From contig OZ024741.1 in assembly GCA_964016885.1 (NCBI GenBank), positions 195,486,001-195,550,000 of the forward strand: DNA of 64,000 nt, in the 5' to 3' direction. Origin of the DNA: Eledone cirrhosa (lineage: Eukaryota). The translations under genes were made by a program, and so were the position numbers. How positions within the stretch are numbered: the first letter of the stretch is position 1; each line of letters begins with the position of its first letter. This document shows, in pieces, positions 40,353-51,766 of the stretch. Under the pieces are notes generated by a model. It was not told the origin of the DNA. It was given only the letters and a program-made list of their open reading frames with translations, and ran no database searches.

Positions 40353-40470
40353 ATAATAAAAGGACGATTTGTTATATCTTCATTACGTTTACTGAGCTGA
40401 TCAATAGCGAAACGCGCGTCACTACTCAATAAACGTAATGAAGACATAACAAATCGTCCTATTATTATTA
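40353..40470. mobile_element. palindromic MITE-like element (copy 2)
   Basis: aaggacgatttgttatatcttcattacgttta / taaacgtaatgaagacataacaaatcgtcctt. Confidence 0.7.
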
Positions 40471-40489
40471 AATTGTTTCATACTAGAAA

Positions 40490-40875
40490 GGCGGTGGATT
40501 GGCAGTATCGGTAGAGGGTCGGACGCCATGCTTTCCAGCATAGTTACGTCCCTTAACGATCTGAGTTCAAATCCCGCCGAGGTTGACTTTGCTTTTCATC
40601 CTTACGGGGTCGATAAAATAAAGTACCAGTAATGTACTGGTTAATTGCTGGCCGTGTGCCAAGAGTAGAAACAATTATTATATGCTAGACCAGGGCGGTG
40701 GATTGGCTGTATCGGTAGAGAGTCGGACGCCATGCTTTGCAGCAAAGAGTTACGTCCCTTTCCATTCTGAGTTCAAATCCCGCCAAGGTTAACTTTGCTT
40801 TTCATCCTTACGGGGTCGATAAAATAAAGTACCAGTAATGCACTGGATAATTACTGGCCAAAAATAAAAACAATT
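40490..40875 (+). mobile_element. two tandem near-full-length tRNA-derived SINEs
   Basis: ggcggtggattggc..gagttcaaatcccgcc..core..aaacaattatta twice. Confidence 0.9.
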
Positions 40876-40883
40876 ATTATATA

Positions 40884-41800
40884 CTAGACCACCCGTGATC
40901 CGTTGGGTCACGTTCACTTCAAAATATTTTTTAAAAATCATGTTCACTTAAAAATAATTTTTAAATAATTAAAATATACACAGACATGTATATAGTGTGA
41001 AATGAAACTGGGAGGCCCATATATATACGTGTGAGTATCTGTGGCGAAGGTTAACCTGGAAAGCAGGGCATACAGTCCAATCGCCATGGCGGAAAGTGGG
41101 ACTGTACAGCCTTACCTCCACCCAATTCCCTCTAAATGACCCTCCCGGTCAAAGCCGCAGGCAGTGTGATCCAGTGTGCGTGTGTGTGTGTTATCTTTTT
41201 ATGTGTCTACGATTTAGTAAGCAGTCAAAATTCTGCTTGCCCCAAAGCTGTCGTGCGTTTGTGTGTGTGTGTTATCTTTTTTTGTGTCTATACGTTTTAG
41301 TAAGCAGCCAAAATTCTGCTTGCTTCAACCGACGCAATTGATCAACTCAAGATTCTATAACACATGCACGCACCCTTCGCCCCTGGTGTGTATGTATATA
41401 TATAAATGTGTGTGTGTGTATTCATATATATATATATATATGGATGTCTGTGATCTATATGCACTGGTCATAGACACATACACACATATATATATACACA
41501 CACTCACACACTCACATATATATACACATCACCACCACCAGCTCTATTCCATTCTCCTCTCCCTCTCTCTATGTCTCTTTCAATCTACTTTGTCACAACA
41601 CTATCTCTTTCTCTCTAACGTTCTCTCTCTCTCCTTCTCTCTCTCTCTCTGTTTATGAATGTACCCGGAAAAACTCCATATAACACGCGGTCCGATTTAC
41701 GCGAAACTTGTTTTATTCCATTTGTATTCCCATTTCAGGGTCAACTTCCTTTCAAAGTATTTTCCCATTATGCACCCTTTTGGCTGTATTACATTACAGA
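40884..41800 (-). mobile_element. non-autonomous Helitron-like element
   Basis: a|CTAG next to hairpin cgtgatcc-gtt-gggtcacg; putative TC 5' end at 41799-41800. Confidence 0.55.
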
Positions 41801-41814
41801 TAAGCAGGCAAGCA

Positions 41815-44475
41815 ACGTCCATTTTCCACGCTAGCATGGGTTGTCCTGTTTGAGGTAAGCTGGGACAGATAACCATGTCTTGCTCATACAGAACTGTTTT
41901 GGGCTTCGTTTCTATAGCTGGATGTCCTTCCTAACGCCAACCACTTTACAGTGAGGGCTGGGTGCTTTTTGTCATGACACCTACCCGACTACTTTACAGT
42001 GAGGGCTGGGTGCTTTTTGTCATGACACCTACCCGACTACTTTACAGTGTGGGTTGGATGCTTTTTCTCATGACACCTACCCGACTACTTTACAGTGAGG
42101 GCTGTGTGCTTTTTGTCATGACACCTACCCGACTACTTTACAGTGAGGGCTGGGTGCTTTTTGTCGTCATGACACCTACCCGACTACTTTACAGTGAGGG
42201 CTGGGTGCTTTTTGTCATGACACCTACCCGACCACTTTACAGTGAGGGCTGGGTGCTTTTTGTCATGACACCTACCCGACTACTTTACAGTGAGGGCTGG
42301 GTGCTTTTTGTCATGACACCTACCCGACTACTTTACAGTGTGGGCTGGGTGCTTTTTGTCATGACACCTACCCGACTACTTTACAGTGTGGGCTGGGTGC
42401 TTTTTGTCATGACACCTACCCGACTACTTTACAGTGTGGGCTGGGTGCTTTTTGTCATGACACCTACCCGACTACTTTACAGTGTGGGCTGGGTGCTTTT
42501 TGTTGTGATACCAACACAACTTTACAATGTAAAGGTCGTGTTAACAGAAGTGTGTTTAGGGGCATGGGAAGTGTATGGGGAGGTTATAATGGTTAAGGGT
42601 GCCTACTAGATGTATGTTTCAGTTCGTGCACATGGGATGGTGTGGGTGGGGTGTTAGGATGTGGGAGGTGAAGGTGGTGCATACTCAATGTATGCTTCAA
42701 CCCATGCACAGGGGCATAATGCTAGAGATCTCAGTCCTGTGTCATCAACTTTGAGAGGTGCAGTTGTTCAAGATCAGCTTTTATCACCTCATCCCAGGTC
42801 TTCCTACTTAATAACTACCATCAACTTTGAGCACTCTGCACCTTTTTACAACTCATCCTTCATTTGCACCACATGTCCATACCAATGAAATCTCCTCTCC
42901 TGCACACTGCATCTGATTCCTCTTATGGCTAGTTTCTGTCTCAGTTCATTTATGCTTTGCTGTTCATGTATTACACATCCATCAGAGCATGCATACTTCA
43001 TTTCTTTTCTTAAACAGAGTGCCCAGGACTCACTACCTTTCCAAATTGTTATTCGTATACATGCATCTTAGAATCTGCCCTTAATTTTAAGGGAAAAACC
43101 TTTTGTAGCTAGCAACTGAAGTAGCTCCCTGAACTTACTCCATCCTGTTCTTACTCTGGTTGCTGTACTTTTGGAACACCATCCTCCACTGCTGATTTGA
43201 TCACCTAGTTAACGGAAAATGTCAACTATTTCTACAGAGCCATCTGAGCATTTGAAGGAGCTAGTATTCTGCGGGCACTTGCTGCTTACTGCACCTGTGC
43301 ATTGGCCACATATAAAATCTAAATTCTTTGATCCCTGTGATCCCACTACATCATTTATGTACCCTAGCTTGCATTTGGGACATATGATGGAATTTCTACC
43401 TATTCCTTTCCTGCCCACTGAGCAAGGCCATTTCCCTGAGGGGATCAGTGCCCTATTTTTCATTCTACATACTAGGTCTTTGGCAAGTTAACTTTAAGAT
43501 CTTTTCATTCTAGGCCATATTTCTTCTCTAGTTCTGCCATAGATAGATTCAGCTATGAGGGTTAGATCATCTGCATACAGAAGTTCCCATGTGCAGCCAG
43601 TCTTAAACTCTTCTGTTATAGCCTGTAGGGCAATAATAGGAGAGGGCTAAGGATGGAGCCCCGGTGGACACCTACCTGCACACTAAATTCTTCACTATAG
43701 TTATTGTTAATTTTAACGTTGCTCACTGTTCCTCTATACATGGTTTGTATAGCTTTCACAACCCATTCATCTACTCCTAGTTTTCTAAGAGCCCATCAGA
43801 TAATGGAATGGGGACTTTGACAAAGGCTTTCTCCAAGTCAAGCTAAGTAGAGGGGTTTACTTTTAGCTAGATACTTCTCCTGTAGTTGCCTCATGAGGAG
43901 CACCTTTTACCTGGCACAAATCTAAACTGCATTTTATCAAGGTTAACTCAGTGCCTAATCAGCTGTATGATAACTCTTTCTGTGAAGCTTCATGACCTGG
44001 TCAACCAACTTAATGCCTCTGCAATTTTCTCTGTCTAGAGCATTTCCTTTGCCCTTGTAGCAGTTAACAATGATGCTGCTATGCCAGTCATTTGGTATAA
44101 CCCTATTTTGTATTACTTGGTTTACAATACGGGTGACTATGGAGTTACCCACCATACCAGTTGCTTTCAGCAACTATCCCCAAAGGTCCAGCTGCTTTGC
44201 CTGTCTTCATATCCTTGATTGCCTTACTTACTGTACTACTGCTAACTTGCACAGCTGGTCCTTCTTTTTGGTCAACTTAAGGAAATCTCTCTTTATCCCA
44301 GTCATTCTCCTCATTTGGTAATCTTTCATAGTGGCCCTTCTACTTCAGCATCAGTGAGGGCAAGTACTCCGTTATCGTCAAGGATAACTTCTCCCCAATG
44401 ACATCACAATTTTCCCTGACACATTGCCTGGCGATCTTGATTACCTCACCCCTTTGGTCCTCACATTGCAGAAGA
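41815..44475 (-). mobile_element. RTE-clade LINE, decayed
   Basis: CYKGKGNALDRENCRGIKL, ELLYADDL, PHD-like insert, 3'UTR aacccatgctagcgtggaaaatggacg. Confidence 0.9.
41944..42502. repeat. 48-bp tandem repeat, ~12 copies, in RTE 3'UTR
   Basis: unit ttacagtg(a/t)gggctgggtgctttttgtcatgacacctacccgactact. Confidence 0.95.
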
Positions 44476-44542
<67 letters not shown>

Positions 44543-44637
44543 CAAGAAAATAAGTGTTGGTAAAATCCAGTACTTCAGTATGCGGATAGGGACCATTCAT
44601 CGAAGATATAAGGAAGATATAAGTTCCGGAGTTATAA

Positions 44638-44900
44638 TAGTGACGAAACATAAGTCAATTGCATGAACTCATAATCCTTTATTTACTGCTATATATATTT
44701 CGATGATAACCATTGAATGGCTATGACCTCATCAGGCAGTTAGTCAGTTCTTAGATATGCCAGCTCTGTGTTTATAGTGTTGATGGTATCAGAGCCTTGG
44801 GACATATGAGGTCATAGCCATTCAATGGTTATCATCGAAATATATATAGCAGTAAATAAAGGATTATGAGTTCATGCAATTGACTTATGTTTCGTCACTA
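44638..44900. repeat. foldback element (arms 44638-44732 and 44806-44900) within a (TA)n-flanked cassette
   Basis: arms are exact reverse complements as read. Confidence 0.9.
44685..44740 (-). ncRNA. type I hammerhead ribozyme
   Basis: actgc CTGATGA ggtcatagccat-tca-atggttatcatc GAAA tatata TA gcagt. Confidence 0.85.
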
Positions 44901-45254
44901 TATATATATATATAACGAAGGAATTGTGGTAAGGAACCAGATGGACCATAACGCACCACAGTACTCAATACTTAGGGTAGTAGAGTGGATAATAAGACTC
45001 AGTCTAGAAATAGCCGTCGAAACGGCTTGAGCTCTGCCGTCGGGATCATACTTTTTCCTATATATATAGTTGTTATATAGTAAGGTGCATTATTGGTTGT
45101 GTAAAATGGTCCAATAACTTTATGTTAGTAATATTAAGTTCTCCACGCTTTTGTATATCTCCAATTCCATTCGAGGGAACAGCTAAATGATGTAAAACGG
45201 AGTATAAGTATCAAAATGAAAATCCGAAGGCAAGGTAAAATTCCAATCATTTAA

Positions 45255-45328
45255 TCACGACACATGTTTCAATAAGAGATAGATCGATTGTGAAGCCATG
45301 ATCGATTATCACTGATCTCATCAGGTGA
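45255..45328 (-). ncRNA. type I hammerhead ribozyme (mirror copy)
   Basis: reverse complement of 45465-45538. Confidence 0.85.
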
Positions 45329-45464
45329 AAATGAATTGTCTTCAAATTCTTGATATGAGGGAGAAAAAATAACGATGTTCTCTCACAGAATTCAGTCCCT
45401 CATTCTGTGAGAGAACATCGTTATTTTTTCTCCCACATATCAAGAATTTGAAGACAATTCATTT

Positions 45465-45538
45465 TCACCTGATGAGATCAGTGATAATCGATCATGGCTT
45501 CACAATCGATCTATCTCTTATTGAAACATGTGTCGTGA
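45465..45538 (+). ncRNA. type I hammerhead ribozyme
   Basis: tcac CTGATGA gatcagtgataatcgat...atcgatctatctcttatt GAAAC atgt GTC gtga. Confidence 0.85.
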
Positions 45539-45648
45539 TTAAATGATTGGAATTTTACCTTGCCTTCGGATTTTCATTTTGATATATATCGTATATATAC
45601 ATCATTCAGAAAGAGTGAGATACACATGCAGATAGAAAGAAAAGAGCT

Positions 45649-45652
<4 letters not shown>

Positions 45653-45732
<80 letters not shown>
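45653..45732. repeat. (GA)n microsatellite
   Basis: direct reading. Confidence 0.95.
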
Positions 45733-45735
<3 letters not shown>

Positions 45736-45944
45736 GGGAAAAGAGAGTGAGTCAGATGTCAGACCGGGGGAGGGGGAGGGGCGACAACTAACAAAAAAAA
45801 ATGTTTAAAAGTTTTAGTTAGTTAGAAAGAGGGGAAAGTGGATTAAGTGAGAGCTGTAGTATTTCACTTTCTTTTTATAGATAGCATGAGGGATGACCAG
45901 GCAGTATCACTGTGCTTGAAATAGCAGTAAATTCTCCCCCAACT

Positions 45945-48900
45945 CACTCCCCCATTTCATTCTTGGAAGATAAGTCAACAGTTAGCTTGGTGCAGGTCAG
46001 ATTAGTTAAAAACACACAAAAACTTTAATTATTATCAATTCTATTTAGTGTTATTAGTGGTTAACTTATATTATGAAGTCTTGACACGTGAGAGTCCTCT
46101 CTCTTAGCTTCAGTTCCGTAGTGTTGCACTGTGGGAATCGTTGTCACTGCAATTACACTCAATGTTTGTCTTTTAAGTGATACTGCACAAGTCCTACTTA
46201 GCTCCCCACAGAAGTATTGCTCGTTACTGGAACTTATATGGTACTCTCATTACCTTTCCTGTGTGTGTAGTCAACTGGTTCTTCAGCAACTGTTCATCTT
46301 CAGAGGATGGTGTGGCTTGCTTAAAGTGGCCTCTGTGTGGTGGCTGGGCCACTTGGATGGAGCTATCAATGTCAAGGTGGGCTGGCTTCAATCTGTTGAT
46401 TGAAACTGTGTCCTGCTGTCCTCTGACCAGGAGTTGAAATAACTTGTTCCCTGGTTGAACTACTTCCTACGGTGACTGAAGCAGTTTTGAAGACCACTCA
46501 GGATAGAGGGTCTGTGTTGACATAGGGGTAGGGTGTAGTCAGCCTCTGTGACCTCTCAATTATTCGAGGTGTCTTTTAGCATCGGGATCTGATTTTATAT
46601 TTGGAACAAATTCACCAAGTACTGTAAGATGAGCGCTGTACACCATTTCAGCGGAGGAAGCTTAAAGGTCTTCTTTTGGGGCTGTGTCAATTCCCAACAT
46701 GACCGATGGCAGCTGGTGGATCCAGTCAGGTCCATTAAGTCTAGTGATGAGGGCCTCTTTTAGGTGGTGGTGGAATCATTCTACTAAGCCGTTTGCCTGA
46801 GGGTGATATACTGATGTGTTTTTTATGCTGATGTCAAAAAGCTTACACATGTCATTCCACAGCTTCGAGGTGAATTGGGGGCCTTGATTTTATAAGATGC
46901 TGTCTGGGACGCCAAAACGGGCAACCCAGTTTGTAACGAAATCCCGGGTAACCTCTCATGTTTCTGTGCTGCTAAGAGGTATGGTCTCAGGCCGAGTGAA
47001 TTGGTTCACCATGGTCAGTAGGTATGAGTAACCCAGCGAAGGTGGTAGAGGACCAACAAGGTCTATGTTGACATGGTCAAAATGGGTTTATGGCGCTTCA
47101 TAGCTACTGAGAGGTGCTTTGGTATGTTGGTGGATTTTGGCTTGCTGGCAGAGGTTACAGACCTTGGCCCACTCTCCGATTTGTTTGGCTATTCCATGTC
47201 AGATGAATTTGCACAACATCAGTTGGTGTGTGGCTCAGCAATCAAGGTGAGAGAGTTTGGTGGATTGATTGGCCATGGTTCTCCAGTGGATATGTCGCAA
47301 AGGAGTGTTGTTCTGTTGAGGCCAAAATGTACATGCTGCAAAGAAAGTGAAATGGTTGCAGTGCTGTAGACCTTGATGTCATCGTCTGTTTGTTGAGCTA
47401 CGGCCATAGCTTTATAGCCCAGACCTTCTGTCATCGATGCTAAACAGATATCAGAGTCGATAGGGGCTCTAGAAAGTGCTTTTGCCAGAGATGTGCCGAA
47501 TGTCAGTGGTGTATTTGGAAATGGCTAATAACTGCCACTGCTGTTGTGCAGACAAAGGCTCTGATGGTTTGTTCATAGCGAAGGTGAGTGGTTTGTGGAC
47601 TGTGTATATCATGAATGGTTGGCCTTTCAAAAAGTAGTGAAAATGTTGGATGCTAGCAGTTCCCTGTCAAAAGCACTATATTTCTGTTCAGGTGGTCGTA
47701 GTTGTTAACTGAAGAAAGTTAGAGTTCACCACTGACCATTGATGTGTTGTCTCAAAACACCTCCAACAGCTGCATCAGATGCATCTACCGTGAGTTTGAT
47801 TGGTGATGACATGTCGAGACGGGAAAAGCATTGCTGTTTTTGCCAGGGCTTCTTTTGTGGATTAAAAAACTGAGGTCATTGCCCTGTCCCACTCTATGTT
47901 TTTTGGAACTTTATCCTGACAGCACTTTATACAGTAGTCCCATCAATTTTGCTGCAGATGGAACGAAATGATGGTAAAAATTTACCATTCCTACAAATTG
48001 GTGTAGGGTCTCGCTGGTGATAGGGCATAGAAAGGATAAGATTTCCCTTTCTGATAGACATGTAGTGCTGCTTCCAGTGATTCGATGTCCGAGGAAGTCA
48101 ATTTCTCTAACCCCGAATATATATTTTGCCGGGTTGGCTACTAGGCTGTATCATTCAAGGCTGTCAAAAAGAGCCAGCAGGTGTTTCCTGTGGAGCTCCG
48201 CATTCTGACTAGCAATGAAGATGTCATCCAGATACACAAAAACAAATTGTAGACCTTGGCACAGAGTGTCCATCAAGCGCTGCCTTTTTTAACCCGAAAG
48301 GTGTACAAAGAAATTCATACATACTGAATGGTATAATGATCACGGTATTCTGCAATATTTGATGTTAATCTCAGACGAAATCGATGTTGGAATACTGAGC
48401 ATCCGGCCAGCTGAACCGAGAAGTCCTGTAAATGTGGAATAGGGTAGCAGTTAGGTGTCATGCTTGTGTTCAGGTGGCAGTAATCTCCGCTGTGTCGCCA
48501 AGCTCTGTTGGGTCTAGATGCTACATGTAAAGGGGAAGAGCAAGGGCTATTTGAGCGCCGAACAATGCCCAAAGCTTCCATGTTGGCAAACACTGCCTTC
48601 ACTATAGCCAACACGTGCGGCCGTGTACTGGAAGACCAGTATGTGTTACTCCGTAGCGAGTCGTGGTTTGGGTGAATGTTGGAGTGGTGAGCCTTGGGTG
48701 GTTTAAAAGGAATTCCGAAAACAAGTTCCTGGTCTTCAAGATGTCTGATATGTTTCAAGCTGTTTGCATAGAATTTGCTAGAATGATGGAGGCATACGTG
48801 TTGCTGTTGACAAGTCATTTTCCCTGGAGATCGACCAACAGAGACTTACCTCGAAGGAAGTCGCCTCCGATAATTGGCTGATGGACGTACGTGACAGCGA

Positions 48901-49700
48901 ATGTCCATGCATATTTTTGTGGGGCTATGTGGAGGCATAAGTCCTAACTCTAGATGCATCGGCAGCTGTCAAAGGTTGAGCTCGCTCATGGCCATGGCCA
49001 TTTTGTTGTTACCTGGCAACTGTTGGAGCCTTACCGAAATTTCATCGAGGAAACCGTTCACAAATGTCAGCCACACGGCCCATTCGAGATTCTCTCCTGT
49101 GAATTTCGGTAGCGTAGCCAGCCTCCGTATTTCTGCTGCATCTCACTTTGCCTATCTTGACGAAAGTCCCTTTGTGAATGCTTCCTTCTCCGCGTTCAAT
49201 TGGTCTTCCTGGTCCATTTCGAGGTATAATGCTAATGTATCATCATCAAGATAACGTGTCATGAGGCTAGCAACAATTTCGATGCATTACAGTGTGGCAA
49301 CCATTACATTTTTCTAATCCAGGTGATATCATCCCCCCTTGCCGCTGAAGGCTTTGACTGCATTGTTACCTATTCTTATTTTCATTGCCATATTGTCTGC
49401 GAGATCAGAGAAATTAAATGATGATAAAATAAAATAAAAGTGCTGAAAATAAGAATGCCAAAAGTAAAAAGGGGCACCGAAATAAGTTGTTGTGAAGAAG
49501 TGTAGGGACCTACCTTTGCATCTCCACTTGAATCTAGGCTGAATCTCCCTGCATGGATGTTTACCTGTTTTATGTCCGGCCAAAAGTACAGAGTCTCTTA
49601 CACACAATCACAGCACGTCCTGATGAAAGAGAACACAAAAGGCCCACGAATTCTGATGTGACCTCACTGGTCCCTCGTTTCCAGCAAGACCTTCCCTACA
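45945..49700 (-). mobile_element. Gypsy (CsRN1-like) LTR retrotransposon relic with probable 5' LTR 49488-49700
   Basis: SSPLHV..GDYCHLN..YPIPHLQDF, VYLDDIFIAS, TVDASDAAVGGVL, LLCDISTGEP, YHPQANGLVE; TGTAGGG..ACAACA LTR followed by PBS-like ttcggtgcccc; no 3' LTR seen. Confidence 0.85.
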
Positions 49701-49724
49701 TTTCCAGCACCCTACTCCACCCTA

Positions 49725-49915
<191 letters not shown>

Positions 49916-50208
49916 TATAAATTATGTCCATAGAATCATTTGATAAGATATATACACCATTTCCTCTCCCAATTAGCATAATCAACCACACAAAAAAACA
50001 ATTAAACCAGGCTATAAGATTAAAAGGCACCTATAAAGAAATAATAGATAAATAAACGACAGCCATCTATTCGCGATCAACAGCTATAGAATATTTACCC
50101 AGCATTTCAATAGCACGTGGAAATCGATTAAATATATCGTCAACCATACACAATTAGGTATAAAATTAAAGTTAGAAGAAAAAATGTATATAAACATACC
50201 AGGATTAC

Positions 50209-50290
50209 GTTTCTACCCCTTAGGGTTTCATTCACTTTTGGAAATATCCGATCAAGGATAAATTCTCGAGCTTCGAAATCATCAGGAAAC
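50209..50290 (-). ncRNA. type I hammerhead ribozyme in a (TA)n-flanked cassette (49915-50372)
   Basis: gtttc CTGATGA tttcg...tgaat GAAAC cc-taag-gg GTA gaaac. Confidence 0.75.
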
Positions 50291-50370
50291 AAACTCACTT
50301 GGACGAAGATTTTTCTTAAATGATCCCCGCCAGAAACGAATTCAAAATGACGTGGCAGTGGTCAAGTCAG

Positions 50371-50459
<89 letters not shown>

Positions 50460-50675
50460 TATATATACAAGTCGGGCCTGAATTGGCGCACCAAAGTTTG
50501 AGCTGTCCTGCAAAATGTCAACTATTGGACACACTCAGTACCTTAAAATCACAGATGATAGGATGATGAAAATGATACCTTACTTATTTCAATATAGGTT
50601 TTGTTATTAATTCAATACAATATATATGTATACTAAATTGATTTTAATGCTTTGGTGCGTGACTTATGACCCACC

Positions 50676-50755
<80 letters not shown>

Positions 50756-50761
<6 letters not shown>

Positions 50762-51463
50762 TAGCTCTTGTTTTTTAACTATGGAGCACTTGCCAGCATC
50801 ATTTCTGATTTTTGCGTTTCGTTTCGCCTTTTCTACCCGCCGAAATGCGATTCTCCCTAAATCTATATTTGTATTAATCTCCCGAGTCTTACAATTAACT
50901 TGTTAATAATTTTTATTGACAGGTTAATTGTATAAGTTTATTTTAAAAACCACCCATTCGATTTGTGCTATTTATGCAATTTTTTGCATGGTATACACAT
51001 ACTGAATTCATTTGCCAAAACCTGGGGTTTTCCCCTTGTGAATTCCACATGTGCTTTTACGTGCCTCTGTGTCATTCACAAATTTGGTACAGAGCAAAAT
51101 ACCTGTTGATAACGTGATATTCCTTGTTCGATCATTATACCTAAAGCTTATATTTTTAAGCAGACAGTATTTTGATTTAGGTGTCATAGAAACCCTGCAT
51201 TTGGATTTTAACATCAATTCCAACGGGTCCAGGTCTGTGTTTTTTTATCCTTTATTTTGTTTTGACCTGTTTAGCTTGATTTGCTTTTTGGCTTAGGTGG
51301 TTGATGCTTTCTTGACCACTATTTCAGTTTTGTATGGCGTCTTAACATATTGTTTAGCTCTGGTTTTTTAACTATGGAGCGCTTGCCAGCATCATTTCTG
51401 AATTTTGCGTTTCGTTTTGCCTTTTCTACCCGTCGAAATGCGATTCTCGCTAAATCTATATTT
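50756..51463. repeat. ~593-bp unit present 1.2 times between (TA)n tracts
   Basis: attgtttagctc...aaatctatattt at 50756 and 51349. Confidence 0.85.
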
Positions 51464-51509
51464 ATATATATATATATTAGTTATGTAATAAACAACATAA
51501 GATAATTAT

Positions 51510-51567
51510 TTCATTTACCAGTGGTTTCTTGAAAGCAGATAAATCTGCTTTCAGTCGTCAGAATGAA
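51510..51567 (-). ncRNA. type I hammerhead ribozyme
   Basis: ttcatt CTGACGA c tgaaagcagat-tt-atctgctttca a GAAAC c-act-g GTA aatgaa. Confidence 0.8.
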
Positions 51568-51661
51568 TAAAACATAGTGTTTTTATTAAATGTGGATTTG
51601 AAACAAAAATATAAGAAATATGAAAGTGAGGCTGAGGAAACAACGGGCGAAGAAGAAAAGG

Positions 51662-51692
<31 letters not shown>

Positions 51693-51693
51693 G

Positions 51694-51764
<71 letters not shown>

Positions 51765-51766
<2 letters not shown>

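Larger units (their letters stand above)
45209..45584. repeat. near-perfect foldback, ~183-bp arms, 10-nt loop
   Basis: centre cacagaat-tcagtccctc-attctgtg. Confidence 0.95.

Noticed and set aside
40395-40423. HHR-like ctgatca-atagc-gaaac-gcgc-gtc
   Set aside because: G8 is C in both copies, no stem II and poor stem I; more likely a MITE internal motif
41944-42502. CRISPR-like array or 215-aa repeat protein
   Set aside because: No unique spacers, eukaryotic context; simple tandem repeat of a LINE UTR module
50467-50678. Tc1/mariner-type MITE
   Set aside because: Terminal inverted match is too weak to support by eye
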